DNA from: Heterodontus francisci
Lineage: Eukaryota
Assembly (NCBI RefSeq): GCF_036365525.1
Contig: NC_090404.1
Span: forward strand, 12,056,550-12,120,549
Reading direction: 5' to 3'
DNA: 64,000 bases
Part shown: in pieces, positions 50,536 through 63,130 of the stretch
Position numbering within the stretch: the stretch's first letter is position 1
How the letters are laid out: every line of letters starts with the position of its first letter
Notes under the pieces: generated by a model
Told to the model about the DNA's origin: nothing
The model's database searches: none
Seen by the model: the letters and a program-made list of their open reading frames with translations, nothing else
Made by a program: the position numbers and the translations under genes

Positions 50536-50601
50536 AGTATTTGACACGACGTGTCTCACTGTGTACTGGGTGGCACAGCAGTTACTGTCAATACAAAAAG
50601 C
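50536..50601 (+). other. DH2 segment (50564-50573, TACTGGGTGG) with 12/12 RSSs
   Basis: AGTATTTGA-12-CACTGTG [D] CACAGCA-12-ACAAAAAGC. Confidence 0.93.
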
Positions 50602-50927
50602 CGCTCAGCACTAATTGATGAACCTGGGTCACTGATCGTTTTTGCAGTCCAACTGTAGATGCAGCAAAAGTACTATTTGTGTCCAGCACTGTCCTACTAG
50701 CACGGTTTATTATGGATAAACTGATAATTATTCATTTGTCAGTTGGTGATTTCAATAATTACTGACATGTTACTGTGTGAAATATAAAACATCAGGGAAA
50801 TTTATGAAGAGTGAAAAGAATCATTAACACAGTTATAATTTTCTGAAGAACCATCATGATTTTATTTTGCCTCTGTGGTGTGGATATTTAAAATAATGCT
50901 GGATTTCTCTCTATTCTGTGCAGAGCC

Positions 50928-51014
50928 GGTTATTGTGTGACCCAGCCCAGGGAATATAACACTGTGACTATCTCGAGGACTGGGGTCAAGGGACCATGGT
51001 GACGGTGACTGCAG
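50928..51014 (+). CDS. IGHJ: JH segment (50967-51014) with 5' 23-RSS
   Basis: GGTTATTGT-23-CACTGTG, then YLEDWGQGTMVTVTA and a GT donor at 51015. Confidence 0.96.
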
Positions 51015-51113
51015 GTCAGAAAAATGAACGTATTCAGTAACTGATTTATTTGTGTTTTTATTTTATATTTCTGTTTATTTTAATGATACATTTATTCACT
51101 GAAATGTGGATTT

Positions 51114-52039
51114 GGTGGATTCTGTCTTGATATTTGTTGCAATGTTTCATTTGACTCTGCTGCAAAGGGATGAAAGAATTTAACGGTTTCTTCACAATCG
51201 GTTCTGTTGCGGGATTCAGCTCCAGATTGATGTGATTTGGTATTTATTTGCTGATGAGACTGTGTGTCTGGGCTACTTTAAATATCTAACTGTTGTTAAA
51301 CTTTTTGACGTTTCTGCAATGTTTAATCTTGGTGACATCTAGTCACTGCAGGTTTTCCGATCTAATACAAACAATAAGTGTTTAAATATGTTTGCAATAA
51401 AATTGTATGCAGAAAACGTCAGTGGTCAAAAATAGCCTTACGATATTTTGATCTATTTTTATTTGTGGCAATTAAATTGTCATTTATCAATCTACTGCTC
51501 ACGAATGCTCATATGTAATACATTAAATTTTGATGTAATTAAGAATGACATAAATAACAAATTTGCAGTTTTAGTCAGATTTACATTCATATAACCTCAC
51601 TCATTATACTTCGGTGATATCGGCCAATATTAATGAAATATGCTATAGTATCAAGATTAATTTATTAAACATGCTGTCTGTGCTGAAAATTCTGCTGCCA
51701 TTTTTATATATTTGCTGGTAAGTCAGACAGGCGGGCTCGGTGGATTCTGTATTGAGATTTGTTTGCAATGTTACGTTTGAGTCTGCTAAAGTTTTTGTCG
51801 AATTAAGCTACTTCTCTATGAAACGTATTGAGGCTGGATTCAGTTCCTCAGTGATGTGATTTGGTGTTTATCTGCTGAGGAGAGTGTGTGTCTGTGTTAC
51901 AAAGAAAAATTTGTGAAACTCTTTGGCATTGTTCTGCATTGTTTAATCTCGGTGACATTGAGCGGCTTCATGTTTTCTGATCGAATGCAAACATTCTACG
52001 TGTTTAAAACTGCTTGAAAGACGATTGCAGCTGGAAAAC
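51114..52039. repeat. Diverged ~300-bp direct duplication in the J-C intron (51114-51417 and 51739-52039)
   Basis: GGTGGATTCTGT, TTGCAATGTT, TGATGTGATTTGGT, GTTTAATCT.GGTGACAT are colinear in both copies. Confidence 0.8.
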
Positions 52040-54269
52040 TGGCAAGTTTCAGAAATGAGAAAAGAAAACATTGAAAGATATTTCAAGGCATTTTTTAAAT
52101 ATAAGTGATAATCGCAGATTAAACTATTAAGCCATGTTTACAACGCACGTTCAGTACGTGGAATGTAACTGCAATTACAAACTGCATAAGTAGCAGGTTT
52201 GCGGATTGGAGAGTCAAGTTAATGTAATTCAAACAAATGGAATGCGGCAGTATCTCCTCATTTAAACCAAATGTGCTTTAATATTAACATCGATTTATTA
52301 TTCATTAATTGCCTTTCAGAATTCTGGTGTGCCATGCGCACAATAATCATGACCAGAAAATGTTATGGGCTGGAGACAATTTTTAATTATGCTTGAAATT
52401 ATTTCAATCAGAGGGTACTTATTCCAATTTTCTGTTCAGTTTGATGTGCGCTTTTGAATTATTTTTTATATTCCTGTTTAAAACAGATGAATGACAGCTT
52501 TTATTTACTTATAACTTAAATAGGAGTTGTAAATTGCAGTTTGTCAATGTATTATCTCTGTCCGGTTATTACATTTTTTGCGTGAAGCCCAAACCATGTT
52601 CTTCCTTCAGTGTCAATTGTTGTTGGATAGCGAGAAAATGATCACTAATCAAATATTAACCATTTTCCCGAGACAAGAAGTCGCTGGTAGTCAAAGAATT
52701 GTTCATATGATTTTATTTAAATTGAAGAAACTTGTCGACTGCCCAAGGCGAGAGACAAACAAATAGCACGTTGAAATTCAAGTAGATTCAATTAATTTCA
52801 AATGGTTAATGTTCGTTTTGACTTCAATAACAACAACCTCTCTTTCTAGCTGTGCTGCACACAGGATAGAAATATAGACAAAGAACAGATTATACCCGAA
52901 AGTTACAATTCATTCTTATTAAGTATTAAATTGACCAACAAAATCTCGGCTACATTTGCTCACTAAGTTTCAGTGCCGCAGATGATCTGAAAGAATTGTT
53001 CTCGTCCAGTTTTGCAGTGATCATTTTGAAGTTTCTTTCAATAGAAGCACCATGTATTTAATAATTAATTTACAGGAATTTTGTAAATTACTGGAGTAAC
53101 ATATAAAAACATTGTGTGATTAAATAGTGGCAGCACAGTCACCGATCGTAAACTGCCTTGAGGAGAAATTATTGTTCAATTTAAATGATTGAACTGCGAT
53201 TCGATTTAAGTAGAAGTAATATATTTTATGCATGTTTGAATCTATTAATATGATATTTATTATTTAATATTGATTAAGTGTCACAATAATTTAATTAAAC
53301 CCCCCATTATTTCACAAGGCACCAGGCAGAAGCAGGTCTTGAATTAATATTAACTTTTAAAAAAGTATAAAATCAGCTAACATGAATATTAACCAAGAAT
53401 ATAATAATAGCGCTAATTCATTAAACTTAAATGACCTCCCACAATTGAGTAGTGTACTTGCCGGGATTCCAATGAGTGCAAAATCTCAAGGGTCGGAGAG
53501 AATTCTGAATAAATTAGAGAACAATGTATTTCTTACTCAGCTGTTCTTAGCTCGATGACGTGTCGCCGCAGATTTTAATGAATTAACTATGTGTAATGCT
53601 TCAATTTTTTTTGGTAACGTTTAAGTATGCAATTGTATCAAACCGGTGGGTAATCGGTTTGTAAGGTGTGTGCTTCCTGACTTGTTCAATTCTTATGCTG
53701 TCACTGAGTTCCTGTTACGGACATCAAATTCCTCCGAATGTGAATTGTTTTGATGAACACATTTTAAGTGGGACTACATCATATGTTTTTAAGATTACAG
53801 ACAAATAGGGAGAAACTGTTGAAGTGGAAGGGTGTTTTTGAAATGAATACCAGTTTATTTTCAAAGAGCTCACAGACTTGTATTGGTCTCAATTTGACAA
53901 TTGATAAATTAGAATCAAACATCTTCATTGAAGTTGACAGATTCAACAGATCTATCTGCTGAGAGCCCCATTGTTACACCATTAGTGCCTGTTCTGTTTC
54001 TGTGCGCCTGCTCACTGTGTGGAGATCAGTAATCCTCCCGACTGGTTGTAAACCTTCTGGTTCGTCCTCATGTATTTCATGAGTGCAATTTGATCCATTT
54101 ATTTAAGAAACTTGTACCTGTGAGAAAAACGAAATTTTGGCTTTAAGTCTGATGAGGCGCCTCCGCGATGAGATCTGTATTCCAGTCTGTGACAGTCAGA
54201 AATAGCAGTTCAGTGTCATGACAGACAGAATGTAGAAGGAGAATTGGTCAATTTGTAATCAGTAATGTC

Positions 54270-54660
54270 TCTCCCTTGGGAGCATTTGACTGCCAATGTC
54301 GAGGAAGCTTTGCTACATATTTAATCCAAGCTGTAACTGTCCTGGGATTGTTTGATGGGGACAGTGTCGAGAGAAAAAATACTCTGTATCGAAATCGGGT
54401 TGAACCTGTCCTGGATGTATTTGATGGGACAGGGTACAGGGAGCTTTATTTTATATTAAACTAGAGCTGTACCTGACCCAGAGCGATAGTGAAGTATAGA
54501 GGTGGCTTTCCATGGTAGATAACACTTGTGATGTCTGATCTTACAGCTCAGGATAGGGACGTACAGGGGGATCTTTACTTTACAATTTAACTGTCCTGTA
54601 CCTGTCCCGAAAGTTTTTTCCCCGCAGTGTTCAAGGATCCTCAATCTGCATCTAACTCAT
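54270..54660 (+). repeat. Degenerate ~70-bp shark satellite (TTTGATGGGACAGTGTAGAGGGAGCTTTACTCTGTATCTAA-type); inverted fragment at about 63955-64000
   Basis: Recurring TTTGATGGG(G)ACAG, GAGCTTTA and CTGTACCTG motifs. Confidence 0.65.
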
Positions 54661-55131
54661 GAGCTGTGAGTTCTCGAGCCAGACATATGAAAATAAATTG
54701 TTCCATTGCCCAGATGAAATAACGCACATGAATTGATTTTAACCATTCATGCAAGCCCAATTTTTAATGAATTAAAAATATTTAAACCTGTTAAGTATCA
54801 GATAATTATCGAATGAGATTGGCCTGATCTTGAGTGTACTTTCAGAAGAAAGAGTTTCAGGAAGCAGCTGTCGTGCCCCAGTTAGCAGCACCTGTTCTGA
54901 ACTGATGGGAGAATGGAAGTTCTTTTGGCACTTTAAATGGAAATAGTCGAGACTCCGGCTACAAATAACCATCATGATAATCTCATCTTTGAAATCATTA
55001 TTTCGTTCAAGTATTTTCAAAAGATAACAGGCAGTGATAAACTCTGATGAGATGCAGTAATTGGACTGGGTCACAACTGAGGGTACTTCCCACTAAAGTC
55101 AGCTTGTGTGAAACTATTGAAGTGATACTTT

Positions 55132-55445
55132 CGGCACGGTGGTGCGGTGGTTAGCACTGCAGCCTCATAGCTCCAGCGACCCGCGTTCAATTCTGGGTAC
55201 TGCTTGTGTGGAGTTTGTAAGTTCTCCCAGTGTCCGCGTGGGTTTTCGCCGGGTGCTCCGGTTTCCTCCCACAGCCGAAGACTTGCAGGTTTATCGGTAA
55301 ATTGGCCATTATAAATTGCCCCTAGTATAGGCAGGTGGTAGAAATATGGGCTTAGGGTAGGATTAATATAAATGATATTGATGTTCGGCGCAGACTTGGT
55401 GGGCCGAAGGCCCTGTTTCAGTGCTGTATCTCTGAATAATAAATG
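55132..55445 (+). mobile_element. V-SINE (HE1-like) in the J-C intron
   Basis: CGGCACGGTGGTGCGGTGGTTAGCACTGCAGCCTCA head, V-domain and shared tail. Confidence 0.9.
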
Positions 55446-55649
55446 ATACAGTTAGCCTGCAGTCAATGTCAATCACGATAAGCTTTAAGTCTCTGACAGT
55501 ATCTGATTGACTCAGTTGTAGTTTTTAAGATTAGTCGCTATTTTGGAGGGAGGGGGTTGTGCTGGGGATGGAGGGAGGGGGTGGAAGGGTGGGGGCAACA
55601 CAGCAGTCTACTTGCAAAGAGCAAATTTCCAAAACACTGCAATTGATAA

Positions 55650-56372
55650 ATGTTGAATGCTTTATTTTTTGAAAAGTGCTGCTGGTTTAGAAATAAATAC
55701 TGACCGGAATAGCGGCGAAACTCCACCTCCAGCTCACCACCACCTCCTCAAGGACAATTATGGACGGGCAATAAATGCTGACCTCGCCAGTGACGCCCAC
55801 ATCCCATGAATGAATAAAAGGCTCTTACTTTTGTAATGTTACAGGTCCTGTCAGAGAGGTGTGTTCCTCACCAGGGGACCGACAGGTGATGATCACCAAA
55901 TGATGGAGTTGCTAGAAGCTCCAATGCGGATGAAGGTTTTAATATTAGAATCAGTTTCTTGCTGGAGCCAAATTCCAACTTGTTTGGTTACTTGATAAGC
56001 ATGAATTACAGTGTCTAACTCGTTCAATTAATAAATGCAGAGTGTTTTTTTTTTGACAAAGTGCTCTTGGTTGAGAAATAAATACTGGCAGGAATAATGG
56101 GGAAACCCCTCTTCCATGTTAATCCAATGCAAGGTACTTTATTCAGGCGACGTCAAAAGGCTCCTACTTTTGTAATGTAACAGATCCTGAAAGAGAGGTG
56201 AATTCCTGACCTGGAGACCAACAGGTGATGATTCCCAATGATGTAAGTGGTAGAAGCTCAAATGCGGATGAAGATTTTAATTGGAAAATATTGGAATTAG
56301 TTTCTAGCTGGAGTCAAATTCCAAGTTGTTTGGTTACTTGATAAGCATGAATTACTGAGTCTAACTTGTTCA
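55650..56372. repeat. Tandem ~330-400-bp duplication immediately upstream of the Cmu1 acceptor
   Basis: AGAAATAAATACTG, CTTTTGTAATGT.ACAG, ACAGGTGATGAT, AATGCGGATGAAG and TGTTTGGTTACTTGATAAGCATGAATTAC each occur twice. Confidence 0.85.
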
Positions 56373-56391
56373 ATCTGCCATTCTTTCACAG

Positions 56392-56688
56392 CGACACCGT
56401 CTCCCCCAACCCTTTACGGCCTGTGCTCCTGTGAGCAACCCAACACCGACGGCTCCTTGGCCTACGGCTGTTTGGCAATGGATTACATCCCCCAAATCAC
56501 CAGCGTTTCCTGGAAGAAAGATAATGAGCCGATCACCACTGGATTGAAGACTTATCCGTCAGTGCTGAACAAGAAGGGAACCTACACCCAGAGCAGCCAG
56601 TTAACCATCACCGAGTCAGAGGTGGGAAGCAGCAAAATCTACTGCGAGGTTCGACGCGGAGAGTCGGTCTGGATCAAGGAAATTCCAG
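56392..56688 (+). CDS. IGHM: IgM constant exon Cmu1
   Basis: CACAG|, [32 protein letters not shown]...SWKK...[18 protein letters not shown], |GT; phase 1. Confidence 0.97.
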
Positions 56689-56899
56689 GTTAGTGTTGTG
56701 GAAACTGTGAAAAATAGAAAAGCTTTAATGATCTTATTTAGAGCTTTGGCTCTACCATATTCAGAGTACCGTGCACAGTTCTGATCCCTCTAAACTCCAG
56801 CTGGTGTCTGCTTGACAGCAAAGAAGCTGTTAAAATATAAGAACAGTTTGCATTAGTTATTAATTTCTTCTAAAAATGTCTAACGTGTTTTTCTTGAAG

Positions 56900-57217
56900 A
56901 TTGTAAAGGTGACAAGGTCCATCCAACTGTTATCCTCACCCAGAGTTCCAGTGAAGAAATCACAAGCAGAAGATTTGCAACTGTCTTGTGTTCAATCATC
57001 GATTTCCATCCAGAGTCAATAACCGTGAGTTGGTTGAAGGATGGACAACACATGGAATCGGGCTTCGTCACATCTCCCACCTGTGGAGTGAACGGGACCT
57101 TCTCGGCGACCAGTCGGCTGACAGTCCCCGCTAGGGAATGGTTCACCAACAAGGTCTATACCTGCCAGGTCTCCCATCAAGGGGTCACCCAAAGCCGAAA
57201 CATCACCGGATCTCAGG
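56900..57217 (+). CDS. IGHM: IgM constant exon Cmu2
   Basis: [49 protein letters not shown]...[20 protein letters not shown]|GTAAG. Confidence 0.97.
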
Positions 57218-58608
57218 GTAAGAGACTTAAACCAAAGAAGCTCCAGATCATTCTGTGCTCTGTTGTTAATCAAATAAAGGAATTTATAGGAACTCGTACA
57301 AAACACAGAATATTTTCTAATTTCCCATCATGCAGTTTGTATATTTCTTTCCGCTGTGAGTGCTGAATTAGGATTGCTCACGGTTCAACATGTCATCACA
57401 TCACATCAATAGTCCCCTCTGCCTAGATGCCATATAGTGAGTGAGGTGACCTTGATATCAGGTTTATTCTGAGCGGCATTAAGTAATGAGGACAGGTTTA
57501 TCAGACCTAACTGGTATTGCTTTCAGTATTAAAGATGAAAAGGGAATCTAACTGAGGTGTTTTAGTTGTTTATTGGAATTGATGGAGTCGATGGAGAAAA
57601 ACATTTCTTCGGGTGTGGGACTCCAGAACAAGTGGGTATAACCTACAAATTTGACCAAGATCATATAGGGATGATATCAGGAAGGAGCTATTCACACAAT
57701 GGGTAGCGCAAACCTAGAATTATCTCCCTCAACTCACTCTTGAAGTCTGGCATCAATTGAAACATTTAGTGTTGATATTGATAGATTGAAATTAGGCAAG
57801 GGAATAAGGGTAGACGGTGTTAAGATACAGATCAGCCATTGTCTAACAGAATGGTGGAACAGGCTCGAGGGGATGAATGGACTACTCTTTTTCTTCTGTT
57901 TTTATGATTGTCCTCTGGTCAGATCGCCCTCTGACTCCAGACGGACATATGAGGAGTTCTCACTCATGACAGATATTTGCAAAGTGCCTCAGACCGTTAT
58001 TGCAATTTATTCTCCACATCAAAAAGACTCCTGAGAATATTTTCACCACCTTTCACCCCTCCTGCGATTGGTTCCAACATATTCTCAACTCCTCAACTAT
58101 CGTGACAAGGCGCCAGAAAATTAACTTTTTTTTCCTGTTGGGCCAAAATTTCGGAATTTCGTTTGACACTCGTTTTGAGCCAGTGTGAATTACATGTCTA
58201 GCTTGTGCCCATGGGAGATAGAGCCATTATATTCAGCGGAGATACGAACATACTAATTAGGAGCAGGATTTGGTCACTCGGCCTCTCGAGCCGGCTCTGC
58301 CAGAGATTTCAGGAAGAACGTTATTCAGTGCGTAACACAAATTCTCCCACAATTATTCGTTTTTTACACCGCGTACTTGCTTCAAAGTCCATTACAGGCT
58401 TCTTAGGGTGCAAGTACACAGTATATGTTATAGGATCTCCAGGAAGCACTTTCAGGTTGTTGTCCTTCCAATAAACTATAATATTTTGAGCAACAGCTGG
58501 AGATTGATGTCTCGAAATTGATTTAATCTCCTAGAGACAGTGAAGGCTGAAAACTGGTGCCTGATTTTGAAGACGAATCTTTGTTTGCCTTTCATTTCTG
58601 TTTTACAG

Positions 58609-58917
58609 TTCCTTGCTCCTGCAATGATCCAGTAATTAAACTACTGCCACCATCAATAGAACAGGTCTTACTGGAGGCGACGGTGACCTTAAACTGCATC
58701 GTGTCTAATGCTCCTTATGGAGTCAATGTGTCCTGGACCCAAGAACAGAAGTCTTTGAAATCAGAGATTGCCGTCCAACCTGGAGAGGATGCAGACAGCG
58801 TGATCAGCACCGTAAACATCTCGACGCAAGCCTGGCTGAGTGGGGCTGAGTTCTACTGCGTGGTGAACCATCAGGATCTGCCGACTCCTCTCAGAGCATC
58901 CATCCACAAGGAAGAAG
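58609..58917 (+). CDS. IGHM: IgM constant exon Cmu3
   Basis: TTACAG|[32 protein letters not shown]...[22 protein letters not shown]|GTGAG. Confidence 0.97.
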
Positions 58918-59418
58918 GTGAGCGGTGAGATTGAAGCTATAAGTGAGATGTTGTGATCATTTCTTGCGTTTGTGCAAGGCCCAATTCGTCCTTTTAAGTG
59001 CTCACATGGATTATTCTGATAATTTAAGTGTAATTCCACTGAAAAAACCCCTCTGGAACCATAGGTAATGCATTTAAGGGGAAGCGAGATAAGTAGATGA
59101 GGGAGAAAGGAATAGAAGGAGATGAAGTAAGGCGGGAGGAGGTTTGTGTGCAGAGTAAGCAACAACACAGACTAGTTGGGCCGAATGACCAGTTTTTCTG
59201 CTGTAAAATCTATGTAATGTTCCAGTCTAATCCTTTAAATTCTCATCGAGAAGGATTGCATCCACCTCTGCTCCGGGCTGGAAAACAGGACTGAGCCCAG
59301 AGGGGAAAAGGAAACCTTTAAAATTCAGCGCAAAGCACATTCCTTTCACATGTAACCACCGGTTTCATTGTCTCTGGAATTCTCCAGTTTATTGACATTA
59401 ATTTTAATTTTTCTGCAG

Positions 59419-59810
59419 TTAAAGATCTGCGAGAACCGTCCGTGTCTATCCTCCTGTCCCCGGCAGAAGATGTCTCCGCTCAGAGGTTCCTCTCCCTCAC
59501 CTGCTTAGTGAGAGGTTTCTCCCCCCGAGAGATCTTCGTCAAGTGGACCATCAATGACAAGTCGGTGAATCCTGGCAACTACAAGAACACCGAGGTGATG
59601 GCAGAGAACGACAACAGCTCCTACTTCATCTACAGCCTGTTATCCATTGCAGCGGAGGAGTGGGCCAGCGGCGCTTCTTACTCCTGTGTGGTGGGACATG
59701 AAGCGATCCCCTTGAAGATCATCAACAGAACAGTTAATAAATCGAGCGGTAAACCCAGTTTTGTGAACATTTCCCTTGCACTGTTGGACACTGTCAATTC
59801 TTGTCAATGA
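59419..59810 (+). CDS. IGHM: IgM constant exon Cmu4 plus secretory tailpiece (internal donor after 59748 for the membrane form)
   Basis: [43 protein letters not shown]...[24 protein letters not shown]|[24 protein letters not shown], with NIS glycan site and penultimate Cys. Confidence 0.97.
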
Positions 59811-59838
59811 GAATCTCTCGATTGCATTTCAATTCTTA

Positions 59839-59854
59839 AATAAAAACCAATAAA
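59839..59854 (+). terminator. Polyadenylation signals for secreted mu mRNA
   Basis: Two AATAAA (59839-59844, 59849-59854) about 30-40 nt after the stop. Confidence 0.8.
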
Positions 59855-60929
59855 GACCTTTTATTCCAACCGCGATTTAAATACACAGCCACTCAATTAA
59901 TTTTGCTTCCCACATTTGCTAAGGGTAGATCTGTTCATGTAAAGTAGGATATTTGAAAAACACGGGCACAAGTCTGTAGAATGGTGCTCCAAGCTCAGAT
60001 ACACCACAGCTGAGCAACAAAGGAAGGGAATTCATTGCTGGATTCTGCAGAGTAACTTCAGCAACTTTCCCCCTCTGGGGGAGGTCCGAAATTTTCCCTT
60101 TTCTAACAAACAAACGCGGCGAATTGAGATTTTGGTGTTCCTGCTCCTCGTGTTGTCCATCCTTTCAGATTTGGGGCCAGTTTTAATTTGCAGCAGAGGA
60201 AAGACTGATCAGCCGAAGGGCCTGTTTCTGTGCTGTCTAACTCTGCGACTCCATGAATTGAGGACGACACACGAATACCAACAACACCCAAAATCCCCCA
60301 ACAGGAAGAGGGAAAAGGACAATTTATTAACTCACTGTAACCCCACTTCCTGAACAGAGAAAGGGAAAGGGCAGTTGTTAATCCACTGTAACTCCACTTC
60401 TCCAACAGAGAGAGGGCAGAGGGAGATGTGAACCGATTGCAGCCCTCACTCAATTCCTCCAATAGATAAACGAGCAAGGACATTTTTTAACCCACTAGAC
60501 TCTCACTCCTCCGGCAGAGAGCTTGGAAGGCAACTGCTCTCTATTATATGGACTCAGTTGTCATCAGTACAAAGTCAGCTTCTAGCTGACTGTGCGAGCA
60601 TTTTAAACTTTCTACACGGAAACCATCTTGTAAAACATATATGTATGCAACATAATATCTTTAAACTTTTCCCTGTTAATCTTGTTGAAACAGATTGAAT
60701 TCTAACAGTCCAATTCTAACCAGTGATATAATCCTCCTCTGTTTTTTCATACTTGTGCTCCTGATGTTTATGAGGCCCATCAGTTGCATTGCTGCATGCA
60801 TGCAGATGATGTCATATTGCATCTCTCACAAAATACATTTACACAGAATAGTGAAGAATGTTCTCGACAATGCACACTGTCAAGGCCAGACCTGGTTATT
60901 GGTTCTCTGTGAAACTTTGAAGAATAATA

Positions 60930-62280
60930 AAAACACACAGGCACACGGACACAAACACACACATAAACACACTCACATACACCTACACACTGGAACAGAC
61001 ACAAATGCTGATATATAGGCTCCCACAATCACACACATAAACATAAACATAACGACGCACCGTAGTACAGTCTCACGTACACAGAAACATAGACATAAAA
61101 GCACACACATGGATTCACCATTGACACACATACATGGGCGTATATATTAGCACATTAGCAAACTGGCAAACATGCACCCAAACATGTCGATAGATAGACA
61201 CATTAACACACAAATAAACACCAACATTAATATACTGACACACTCACTCACACACAAATAAACACCAACATTAATGTAAATAAATGCAAGATACTGCAGA
61301 TGCTGGAAATCAGAAATAAAAACAAGAAATGCTGGAAACACACAGCAGGTCTGGCAGCATCTGTGGAGAGAGAAGCAGAGTTATCGTTTCAGAACAGTAA
61401 CCCTTCATCAGAACTGGCAAATATTAGAAATGTAAAAGGTTTTAAACAAGTAAAGTAGGGGTGGGGCAAGGATAACAAAAGAGAAGGTGTTGATAGGACA
61501 AAGTCACAGAGAATAACTGACCAGAAGGCCACAGTTTGCCTTTGATCCTTTTATATTTTAAACGTTTGCATTTCTAATATTTGCCAGTTCTGATGAAGGG
61601 TAACTAACCAAGCTTAATGTACTTACACACTCACTCACAGCATCAACAGCAACTTAAGATACTGACACATTCACTCACACAGAAATAAACACCAACATTA
61701 ATATACTGACACACACATGGATAAACAAACACGCACATAAACACATACATTCGCACACATGTACAAATAATCATACATGAACACACGCATTAATGCATAA
61801 ATGTAAACATTAACACACACACGCACATTATCACACTTATGGAGGTACCAACACATGTAAACAAACACATTAACAAACCCAGATCGACACATTGACACAT
61901 AAAATCGGATTAACTTACAGGGACACATAAAGATCCATCAACACAGAAACACAGGTTAACAAACTCACACATAAATAAATATTGACACACTCATACAAAA
62001 CATGGACAGATAGGCACAACACACACACAAGCACACACAGCCGCATACACACATGCGGTCATTTGAATACACATATCTATGCACATTGGCACAGCCATCA
62101 ACATATAAACTAGAACATTAATACAGTCGCACTTGAATATATAAACGAACAAATAAACACACTCATTAACACTCACACGCAAGCACACATGGATACACAC
62201 ACACAGAGTAATGCAAAGCAAGAGATACTGATACACACACACAGAAGCAATAAAGCGCACAGACAAAAACACTAGACTAT
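60930..62280. repeat. CA-rich low-complexity region containing an inverted Penelope pLTR fragment (about 61282-61606)
   Basis: (CA)n-derived sequence; CAGCAGGTCTGGCAGCATCTGTGGAGAGAGAAGCAGAG and inverted CCCTTCATCAGAACTGGCAAATATTAGAAATG / CATTTCTAATATTTGCCAGTTCTGATGAAGGG. Confidence 0.8.
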
Positions 62281-62856
62281 AGACGAAAGCAGAATTCAAA
62301 TGCAATATTTGAACAGACAACGTCCCCAACAATTTCCTTGATACATGTTGGACTTTCAATCGCAATAAAGCAATGTTCTCAGTTAGAAACTGCGATCAAT
62401 TAATGATTTACTAACCACTCTCATCACAAATAAACAAACAAGATTGGAATTCACATTCGATCTCTTACCCAGCACCATTGACAATCTCCAAACAAGTAGT
62501 TATCTGAATCTATCTTCACAATAATTGTTATCGATCAGCAAACCTCCCTCGGTATCTCACCATAATTGCTAAGGATAGAACGAAATTGATCCAAAATAAA
62601 AGCGCTTGACACTGAAGGAAAAACTGACATATTTTCCAATATGACCTGGACGAGGATCATAAAGAAAGAACGACTGTGGCGTTACTAACAGAGATTGATT
62701 GCTGAATGTGATTAATCTAACAATAGATATAGATTTAAAATTAAATTCGGGAGCAAAATCATGGGTTAAGGAAGAGAAATGCGAATGCAAACTAACAATC
62801 TTATATCCTGCTTTAATAAATAATCTAAATATATTTCCTCCTCTACATCACTGTAG

Positions 62857-62984
62857 ATTCCTCAGACCACATCTGGATTGAAGACAATGAGCAAGAGAGC
62901 GGCAGCGTCTGGACAACAGCTTCTACATTCATCATCCTGTTCTTCCTGAGCATTTTCTACAGTGCTGCCGTCACTCTGGTGAAG
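62857..62984 (+). CDS. IGHM: IgM transmembrane exon TM1
   Basis: TGTAG|DSSDHIWIEDNEQESGSVWTTASTFIILFFLSIFYSAAVTLVK|GTGAG; CART motif; phase compatible with the Cmu4 internal donor. Confidence 0.96.
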
Positions 62985-63130
62985 GTGAGAAGATTCAAAC
63001 CACTCACACTTCAATTTGACTGAAGCTGTTTAGTAAATCTCTAAAACTTTCATCGATTTAAAAAAAAACTCTGAGATGAAATTCCCAGACCACGAAATCT
63101 CTGCTTCATTCTTTTATCCCTCTTTTACAG

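Noticed and set aside
56392-59810. IgW, IgNAR or germline-joined IgM1gj identity
   Set aside because: Four C exons with mu-type tailpiece, Cmu2 present, and V, D and J are unjoined
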